From Bellilinea caldifistulae (GTDB lineage: Bacteria > Chloroflexota > Anaerolineae > Anaerolineales > Anaerolineaceae): a stretch of DNA of 32,000 bases. The DNA lies in assembly GCF_001306055.1 (NCBI RefSeq), contig NZ_LGHJ01000019.1, positions 90,001 to 122,000 on the forward strand, written 5' to 3'. The stretch's first letter is position 1, and every line of letters begins with the position of its first letter. A program made the position numbers and the translations under genes. The notes beneath the pieces were generated by a model. The model did no database searches. It was not told the DNA's origin and saw nothing but the letters and a program-made list of their open reading frames with translations. Of this stretch, positions 6,262 through 12,074 are shown piece by piece.

Positions 6262-6264
6262 AGG

Positions 6265-6337
6265 GGTGGCTGATGGGGGTCGAACCCACAACCACCTGAT
6301 CCACAGTCAGGTGCTCTGCCATTGAGCTACAGCCACC
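6265..6337 (-). tRNA. tRNA-His (anticodon GTG) with genome-encoded G-1
   Basis: Hand-folded cloverleaf. G-1 pairs with C73. Acceptor stem GTGGCTG/CAGCCAC, D stem GCTC/GAGC, anticodon stem CCTGA/TCAGG with loop CTGTGGA, and T arm GTGGG-TTCGACC-CCCAT. CCA is not encoded. Confidence 0.9.
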
Positions 6338-6350
6338 GTAAAGCATCCGA

Positions 6351-6380
6351 ATTCTATCACACCCTCTCGGCTTTATGCAA
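6351..6380 (-). promoter_or_regulatory. Candidate extended -10 promoter for tRNA-His (TTGCAT, 18-nt spacer, TGATAGAAT), with its -35 hexamer just upstream of, and sharing one base with, the hisS stop codon
   Basis: Read on the minus strand. The -10 hexamer ends 13 nt before the mature tRNA 5' end. Confidence 0.3.
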
Positions 6381-7644
6381 GCATTTTCTTGATCAACTCG
6401 CCGGCTTCGAGAACGGTAGCAGTAAATTGTTCGCCCCTGGCTAAATCTTTGACCGTAACCTGACCTGCCGCTGCTTCATCCGGGCCGATGATGACCACAA
6501 AACGGATATTCATACGGTCAGCAAACTTCAATTGTCGCGGCAGCCGCACCACCTCCGTGTAACCAATCGTCCTCAATCCCATTTCCCGAAACTGGTGGGC
6601 CGCTCTCTGCGATTCAATCAGTAAAGTCTCATCGAAGACCGTCACCAACACATCAGCGGGGGCTGTTCCCAGAGGAGGCAAGCAGCCATATTTTTGGAGA
6701 ACCAGACTGATCATCACATCCCCCATGGCAAAGCCCACCCCCGGCAGCGGCTCACCTCCCACGTCCGCAACCAGATTATCGTAATGCCCCCCGCCAAGAA
6801 TGGCACGCCCATCCCGTGCCAGATCATAAGCCTCGAAGACCGTACCGGTGTAGTATTCCAATCCACGGATCACCTGAGGGTTGTAGTGAACATATTCATC
6901 TGCACCCATCGCCTGCAAGGCATCAAAAAAGCGCTGCATGTCAGAAGAATTTTTCCATAATTCACGGTTATCGAGAATCGTTTTCAACCCCTCAAACTGA
7001 TCAACACTCAATCCAACCTCTATGGCATAAGCCGCCCAATCCTCCGGGCGCATTTTGTCCCGCCGGTCAATCAAACGGAACACCTGTTTTTTCACTTCGG
7101 TGTTCGTGATTCCCAATTTTTCCAACTCGGCATCCATCAACCGCCGGTCATTGACAAAAACCCCCACCTGATCCGGCTTCAATCCAGTTTTTTTGAAAAA
7201 CGCCACGCAAATCGCTACCAGTTCGGCATCCGATTCGGGTGAATTCGCCCCAATCAAATCAATATTCCACTGGAAGAACTCCCGCGTCCGACCTTTTTGA
7301 GGACGTTCGTAACGCCAAAACGGCCCAAACGACCACCATCGCAAGGGGAAGGTCAACTGCCGCTGGCGCTGAGCCACCATGCGCGCCAGTGAAGGGGTTA
7401 ACTCGGGACGCAGGGTAATTAAATCCCCTCCCCTGTCCGGAAACACGAATGCCTGTTCTTTGACCAGTTCCTCGCCCGATTTGGCAGCATAAAGATCAAT
7501 TTTTTCCAGAAAAGGCCCGTCATATTCCTGATATCCAAAAGACTCAGAGACCTCCCGAAGGGTTTGATATAGCCATGAACGGATGGCCATTTCTTCAGGA
7601 TAAAAATCGCGGGTTCCTTTAACAGAAGGAATAATTTTTTCCAT
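6373..7644 (-). CDS. hisS: Histidine--tRNA ligase
   Basis: Class II HisRS signatures (GTRDFYPEEM, LRPELTPSLARM, RYERPQKGRTREFFQ, GGGHYDNL) plus a C-terminal anticodon-binding domain. Confidence 0.95.
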   Translation of the reverse strand: MEKIIPSVKGTRDFYPEEMAIRSWLYQTLREVSESFGYQEYDGPFLEKIDLYAAKSGEELVKEQAFVFPDRGGDLITLRPELTPSLARMVAQRQRQLTFPLRWWSFGPFWRYERPQKGRTREFFQWNIDLIGANSPESDAELVAICVAFFKKTGLKPDQVGVFVNDRRLMDAELEKLGITNTEVKKQVFRLIDRRDKMRPEDWAAYAIEVGLSVDQFEGLKTILDNRELWKNSSDMQRFFDALQAMGADEYVHYNPQVIRGLEYYTGTVFEAYDLARDGRAILGGGHYDNLVADVGGEPLPGVGFAMGDVMISLVLQKYGCLPPLGTAPADVLVTVFDETLLIESQRAAHQFREMGLRTIGYTEVVRLPRQLKFADRMNIRFVVIIGPDEAAAGQVTVKDLARGEQFTATVLEAGELIKKMLA

Positions 7645-7681
7645 ACCTTTTCACATCCTCTGCCGTGTATTATGGTCTATC

Positions 7682-7710
7682 ATTTTAACATGTCCTGTCC
7701 TTTTTGTCCG
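7682..7710 (-). promoter_or_regulatory. Weak candidate hisS promoter (CGGACA, 17-nt spacer, TAAAAT)
   Basis: Hexamers were read on the minus strand. This is the only plausible match in the 217-bp divergent intergenic region. Confidence 0.2.
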
Positions 7711-7861
7711 AAGTTTAACGGCTTTTTCGCGTGACAAATGGGATTTAAGGATAGGAAATTTAACACTTATCAAATTGCTCAAATTATGTTAATGTTGACT
7801 AGATTATCGCACAACCTTTCGGGAAAACCCCGTTAGAACCTTCTCCCCAACAGGCCATGCT

Positions 7862-8239
7862 ATGAAACTGAATGAAATCGTCCAAAAACTGAACGGCAAA
7901 GTTCTCAATTCCAAAATTAATTTGGAAATCGAAGTCAAAGGCGCGGGCGGAGCCGACCTGATGAGCGATGTGCTGGCTTCCATTCAACCTCAGGCCATCT
8001 TACTCACCGGTTTGTGTAACCCCCAAGTTGTACGCACGGCGATGATGGCGGACGTTCTCGCAATTGTCCTTGTGCGCGGGAAAACCCCGCCGGCAGAAAC
8101 CGTGCAACTTGCGGAAAACGAGCGTATTCCGCTCATCAGTACCCCCTTTGGCATGTTTGAAGCCTGCGGTATCCTCTATCAAGCCGGTTTGAGCTGCCTT
8201 GAAAAACCGGTCAGCGATCAGGATTGTTTTGCCGGTTAA
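7862..8239 (+). CDS. DRTGG-domain protein (copy 1)
   Basis: Pattern GADLMSDVLA...ILLTGLCNPQVVRTA...IPLISTPFGMFE is typical of DRTGG domains. Confidence 0.7.
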   Translation: MKLNEIVQKLNGKVLNSKINLEIEVKGAGGADLMSDVLASIQPQAILLTGLCNPQVVRTAMMADVLAIVLVRGKTPPAETVQLAENERIPLISTPFGMFEACGILYQAGLSCLEKPVSDQDCFAG

Positions 8240-8257
8240 GTTTCTTAAGAATTGACA

Positions 8258-9268
8258 ATGACCGAACAGACCCCTCTTCGTAAATCCAGCCTCATCAGTG
8301 ATCAGGAAGCAGAAAACATCACCCGCGTTGAAGAACTGGCGTATGAAATCAAAGTTCAAGAGGTGATGACCCCCAATCCAATCACTATGACCGCCAGCAT
8401 GAAAATGCAGGAAGTGCTGGAACAATTCCGAGTAGCACGTATTTCCGGCGCTCCAATTGTTGAAGAGGGGCAGTTAATTGGCATTATCAGCATAGAAGAC
8501 TTGATTCGCTGTCTGATCAAGTCTGACCTCGAGGCAGAAATCCAAAAGTACATGACCCGCAATCCCTTCACCGTTAAGGGTGATGATCCGGTGGTAGAAG
8601 CCTTGAAAATGTTTGTCAGCACCAAAGTAGGCCGGCTGCCGGTGGTCAACAAAGAAGGCCTATTGATTGGCATTTTGACCAAGGGAGACATCACACGCGG
8701 ATTGCTCAAAGCCCTCCAACAGGATTACCAGACCGAAGAAGTTCGCCGCTATCGTGCCTCTCACCTTTTCGAAGATATCGAATCCGAACGAACCAGCCTG
8801 ATCCTGCGTTACAACATCAAGGCTGGCGATTTCACCCATGGCGGAGAAGCCTCATCCAAAATCAAACGGGCGCTCAGTCGTATGGGTGCCAGTCCGCAGA
8901 TCGCCCGCCGTTGTGGAATTGCCACCTACGAAGCAGAGATGAATCTTATCATCCACACCACGGAGGGAGGTGTGATTCGGGTCGAAATTGAACCTCACCA
9001 GATCTCTATTGATGTTTACGACAGCGGACCGGGAATAAAAGATGTGGAATTAGCCATGAAACCAGGTTACTCAACCGCCAGTGAGAAAGTCCGGGAATTG
9101 GGTTTTGGAGCAGGTATGGGGCTGGTCAACATTTCCCGCTGCGTGGATATCATGAAACTTGAATCCGTATGGGGTAAGGGAACCAGATTGAGGATGAAAA
9201 TCTTCCTCAAAAAAGAAGACACCGTCGGGGAAGGGCATGCTGCCAAATCTTTGGAGGAAAAACGATGA
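8258..9268 (+). CDS. CBS-pair domain fused to a SpoIIAB/RsbW-like GHKL serine-kinase (anti-sigma-factor type HATPase) domain
   Basis: Two CBS repeats (VMTPNPITM...GAPIVEEGQLIGIISIEDL and YMTRNPFTV...RLPVVNKEGLLIGILTKGDI). The C-terminal part carries EAEMNLIIHT, DSGPGI and GFGAGMGL, which match the N, G1 and G2 boxes. The start could be TTG 8252 or ATG 8258. Confidence 0.75.
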   Translation: MTEQTPLRKSSLISDQEAENITRVEELAYEIKVQEVMTPNPITMTASMKMQEVLEQFRVARISGAPIVEEGQLIGIISIEDLIRCLIKSDLEAEIQKYMTRNPFTVKGDDPVVEALKMFVSTKVGRLPVVNKEGLLIGILTKGDITRGLLKALQQDYQTEEVRRYRASHLFEDIESERTSLILRYNIKAGDFTHGGEASSKIKRALSRMGASPQIARRCGIATYEAEMNLIIHTTEGGVIRVEIEPHQISIDVYDSGPGIKDVELAMKPGYSTASEKVRELGFGAGMGLVNISRCVDIMKLESVWGKGTRLRMKIFLKKEDTVGEGHAAKSLEEKR

Positions 9269-9603
9269 ATCTGGAACAAATCATCCAGTCGCTTGATCTG
9301 AAACTGCTGACCGAGCAAAAGCCATTTCATGAAATTCAGCCAACCACTGGTTACGCAGCCGACCTGTTATCTTGCGTAATGACTGGCGCATCACGGGGAG
9401 GGTTGTGGGTGACCTTGCAGGCCCATAGTAATATCGTAGCCGTGGCGGCTTTGCTGGAATTGAGCGCCATCATCATCACCGAAGGGGCACAACCCGATGA
9501 AGCAACCATCCAAAAGGCTAATGACGAAGGGGTGACCCTTTTATCCAGTCAACAAGACACCTATCGGGTGGTGGGCAGGTTGTGGGAACTGGGCATCCGC
9601 TAA
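9265..9603 (+). CDS. DRTGG-domain protein (copy 2)
   Basis: ATGA overlap with the kinase gene. The SD GGAGGA precedes the start. Pattern AADLLSCVM...VTLQAHSNIVAVAA...VTLLSS. Confidence 0.65.
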   Translation: MNLEQIIQSLDLKLLTEQKPFHEIQPTTGYAADLLSCVMTGASRGGLWVTLQAHSNIVAVAALLELSAIIITEGAQPDEATIQKANDEGVTLLSSQQDTYRVVGRLWELGIR

Positions 9604-9646
9604 CTTATCCTCCAGGTAAGCAGGCTCCCATTCAGGGAGGTTCTCT

Positions 9647-10408
9647 TTGAAAACTTATCGGGCAGAATTGCACATTCATACGGTTCTTTCCCCATGTGCG
9701 GAGATTGAAATGCTGCCCCCGTTGATTGTCATGGAATGCCTCGAAAAGGGCATTTCCCTGATCGCCATCACCGATCATAACGCAACCGCTAATATTTCTG
9801 CGGTACAGCAGGCTGCCGAGGGAACGGATTTAACTGTGCTGCCCGGTATGGAAGTTCAAACCCGTGAAGAAGTTCACTCGTTATGTCTGTTTGACACTCT
9901 CGAACAGGCTCTTGCCTGGCAAGCAATTGTTGACCGTCACCTGCCGGCAATCCCCAATCGCCCGGATTATTTCGGCGATCAATTGATTGTAGACGCCAAT
10001 GGCGATTTTCTCAAACGGGAGGAACGGTTGCTCCTCACTTCGGTCAATTTGAGTCTGGCAGATGCATTTCATCAGGTAACCCGGTTGGGTGGATTGTTCA
10101 TCCCCGCCCATGTCAACCGCACCGCAAACGGCTTGTTCCCCATCCTGGGAATGCCCCCTGACGATATTCCATTGGAAGTTATGGAAATTTCTCGTCACCT
10201 GAAACCGGCAGAAGCGGTTAAAATATATCCGGCCTTGCATAGCTACTCGTTGATCCAGAGCGGAGATGCTCATCGCCTGGATGAAATTTCAGGGCTGAAC
10301 CAGTTCACTTTACAATCCCCCACTCTTCAAGAAATTCGACTGGCACTGCGCGGCGAACAGGGACGTTCACACCGTATCCTTTCCAGCACAATCCTCGCCG
10401 GGGAATAA
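9647..10408 (+). CDS. PHP-family metal-dependent phosphoesterase
   Basis: N-terminal ELHIHTVLSPCA motif, then AITDHN, then SGDAHRLDE. TTG start 6 nt after GGGAGG. Confidence 0.8.
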   Translation: MKTYRAELHIHTVLSPCAEIEMLPPLIVMECLEKGISLIAITDHNATANISAVQQAAEGTDLTVLPGMEVQTREEVHSLCLFDTLEQALAWQAIVDRHLPAIPNRPDYFGDQLIVDANGDFLKREERLLLTSVNLSLADAFHQVTRLGGLFIPAHVNRTANGLFPILGMPPDDIPLEVMEISRHLKPAEAVKIYPALHSYSLIQSGDAHRLDEISGLNQFTLQSPTLQEIRLALRGEQGRSHRILSSTILAGE

Positions 10409-10422
10409 CCAGCAAATTTCGT

Positions 10423-10440
10423 TTGTTACAACTTTCACAA
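10423..10440. promoter_or_regulatory. Candidate Rex (NADH/NAD-sensing repressor) operator TTGTTAC-AACT-TTCACAA
   Basis: The right half matches the TTCACAA half-site exactly. The left half matches the TTGTTAA variant in 6 of 7 positions. Half-site spacing is 7-4-7. Confidence 0.4.
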
Positions 10441-10532
10441 GGAATGATGACATTTGGTAATTACTTAACCATAAGCAAGCGAGTACACTTTGGATTGATT
10501 ATCCACAATTAATTCTACCAATTTCGTCCAAT

Positions 10533-10550
10533 TTGTTACCGGAGTAACCT
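10533..10550. promoter_or_regulatory. Second inverted repeat with the same half-site, TTGTTAC-CGGA-GTAACCT, overlapping the SD of the first operon gene
   Basis: It shares the left half-site TTGTTAC with the upstream box. GTTAC/GTAAC form an inverted repeat. It covers GGAG (10541-10544) and ends at the ATG. Confidence 0.3.
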
Positions 10551-11066
10551 ATGTTAAACACCAAACCCTCCATACCAGCCAATGATCCACTGGCTAACCC
10601 CGAACAAAAAAAACTGATTGATGAGATTCTGGAAAAAAACAAGAACCTCCCCGGTGCAACGATGGTCGTGCTCAACGAGCTTCAAAGCCGGATTGGTTTT
10701 ATTTCCGAAGCCATGCAGCAATATGTTGCCGACAAACTGCATGTACCGGTCAGTTCGGTTCATGGGGTCGTTTCTTTTTATTCTTTCTTCACCACCACCC
10801 CCCGCGGTAAGCACACCATCAAGTTCTGCATGGGTACAGCCTGTTATGTTGGTGGTATGCCTCAGTTGATTGACAAAGCCAAATCCTTGCTGGGGGTCGA
10901 ACCGGGACAAACCACACCCGATGGTGAAATCACCCTCGAAGTATGCCGCTGCGTTGGTGCTTGCAGTCAGGCTCCGGTTGTCGTTGTGGATGACAAAATC
11001 GTTGGGCGTCTCCGCCCTAATAAATTCCCTCAGGTTTTACGTTCCATTCAGGATAGCAAGCAGTGA
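10551..11066 (+). CDS. NuoE/HoxE/HydC-like [2Fe-2S] diaphorase subunit (copy 1)
   Basis: Cluster motifs CMGTAC and CRCVGAC. Context SFYSFF...PRGKHTIKFC. Confidence 0.85.
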   Translation: MLNTKPSIPANDPLANPEQKKLIDEILEKNKNLPGATMVVLNELQSRIGFISEAMQQYVADKLHVPVSSVHGVVSFYSFFTTTPRGKHTIKFCMGTACYVGGMPQLIDKAKSLLGVEPGQTTPDGEITLEVCRCVGACSQAPVVVVDDKIVGRLRPNKFPQVLRSIQDSKQ

Positions 11067-11617
11067 GAGAACTTTCCCTTCACCTGCTGGATATCGCCGA
11101 AAATAGCATCGCAGCCGGCGCGAAAAATATCACCATCACCATCCGGGAGGATACCACCGCCGACCGGTTGTACCTCAGTGTTCAGGATGATGGTAAAGGC
11201 ATGGATGAGGAAATGGTCAAAAAAGTAACCGATCCTTTCGTGACCACCCGCACTACCCGCAAGGTTGGGCTGGGCATTCCTCTCCTGAAAGCCGCCGCCG
11301 AAGCATGCAATGGCTGGCTGAAAATACATTCCAAAGTTGGTGAAGGGACATTGGTTGAGGTGGAATTTCAACGCAGCCACATTGACCGGATGCCGTTGGG
11401 TGATATTGCCGGAACTTTTCTCACTTTGCTGGTTGGAAACCCACAAATTCACTGGGTTTTCCGTTACAGTGTGGATCAGGAGACCTTCGAACTGGACGAT
11501 CAGCAGATTAAACAAGAATTGCAGGACGTCCCCCTTTCCGATCCACTGGTACTTTCTTACTTGCGCGAATTGCTGGAAAGTAATGTTCGATCACTTCAAT
11601 CCATTTCAGTTTATTAA
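11063..11617 (+). CDS. Stand-alone GHKL (histidine-kinase-like) ATPase-domain protein with no DHp or sensor domain
   Basis: N box LLDIAENSIAAGA, G1 box DDGKGMD and G2 box GLGIPLL, followed by about 70 aa of unknown fold. GTGA overlap with the nuoE-like gene. Confidence 0.7.
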   Translation: MRELSLHLLDIAENSIAAGAKNITITIREDTTADRLYLSVQDDGKGMDEEMVKKVTDPFVTTRTTRKVGLGIPLLKAAAEACNGWLKIHSKVGEGTLVEVEFQRSHIDRMPLGDIAGTFLTLLVGNPQIHWVFRYSVDQETFELDDQQIKQELQDVPLSDPLVLSYLRELLESNVRSLQSISVY

Positions 11618-11659
11618 GCGGATGAATTCCTTCATCAATCCGTAGAGAGGAGATTTACC

Positions 11660-12028
11660 ATGCCGACCATCAAAAGTTTAGACGATTTGAAAAGAATCCG
11701 TGAGGAAGCTCTGGAAAAACGCAAAGTAAAAACTGCCTCAGGCCAGGTTCAGGTGATCGTAGGAATGGGTACTTGCGGGATTGCCGCCGGTGCACGCGAC
11801 GCCATGAAAGCCATCCTCGAAACCATCCAGAATGAGAATCTTGAAGGTGTGATTGTCACCCAGACCGGTTGCATCGGCCTGTGCGAGAAAGAACCCATTG
11901 TCCAGGTTGTTGTTGGCGACCAGCCCAAAGTGACCTACGGCAAGGTCTCGCCGGATGTAGCCCGTCAGATCATGAAAGAACACGTCAAGAACGGTAATGT
12001 GCTTAAAGAATACGTAATTCAGGTTTAA
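11660..12028 (+). CDS. Thioredoxin-like [2Fe-2S] ferredoxin (HydD-like)
   Basis: Motifs GMGTCGIAAGA and TGCIGLCEKEP. The SD GAGGAG precedes the ATG. Confidence 0.7.
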   Translation: MPTIKSLDDLKRIREEALEKRKVKTASGQVQVIVGMGTCGIAAGARDAMKAILETIQNENLEGVIVTQTGCIGLCEKEPIVQVVVGDQPKVTYGKVSPDVARQIMKEHVKNGNVLKEYVIQV

Positions 12029-12074
12029 GCCTCTTATCGGTAAACCATTTTTGTAAGGCTAAAGGTTGACAGCT

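Larger units (their letters stand above)
1..6264. mobile_element. Integrated plasmid- or phage-plasmid-like element abutting the 3' end of tRNA-His. The left boundary lies outside the window.
   Basis: Contains parA, an RHH partner, a replication initiator with internal iterons, an excisionase-like HTH gene and many short translationally coupled ORFs of unknown function. It sits directly at the 3' end of a tRNA gene and is compositionally mosaic. No integrase or second att copy is visible in the window. Confidence 0.6.

Noticed and set aside
6146-6346. ORF 6146..6346 (66 aa) and the N-terminal extension of ORF 5956..6291
   Set aside because: Both overlap the well-folding tRNA-His gene on the same strand. 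They were trimmed or rejected in favour of the tRNA.
7645-7861. A T-box riboswitch or histidine-specific leader upstream of hisS
   Set aside because: I searched the leader on the hisS strand for the conserved T-box sequence (its complement would appear as CGCGGTACCACCC on the plus strand) and for a CAC/CAU specifier context. Nothing resembling either is present.
9609-9640. An anti-SD hairpin (CCTCC 9609-9613 pairing with GGAGG 9636-9640) that might sequester the ribosome-binding site of the PHP gene
   Set aside because: It has only 5 bp of pairing across a 22-nt loop and no supporting extension, which is too weak to call without covariation data.
10891-10903. A 13-nt identity (TGGGGGTCGAACC) between nuoE1 and the T-arm region of tRNA-His, considered as a possible att remnant
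   Set aside because: It lies within conserved coding sequence (LGVEPG), does not extend on either side, and is on the wrong side of the tRNA for an element boundary. It is most likely chance.
11618-11650. A small hairpin GATGAA-TTCC-TTCATC between the GHKL gene and the ferredoxin gene
   Set aside because: The stem is 6 bp, AT-rich and has no U-tract. It is not convincing as a terminator or attenuator and may be incidental.
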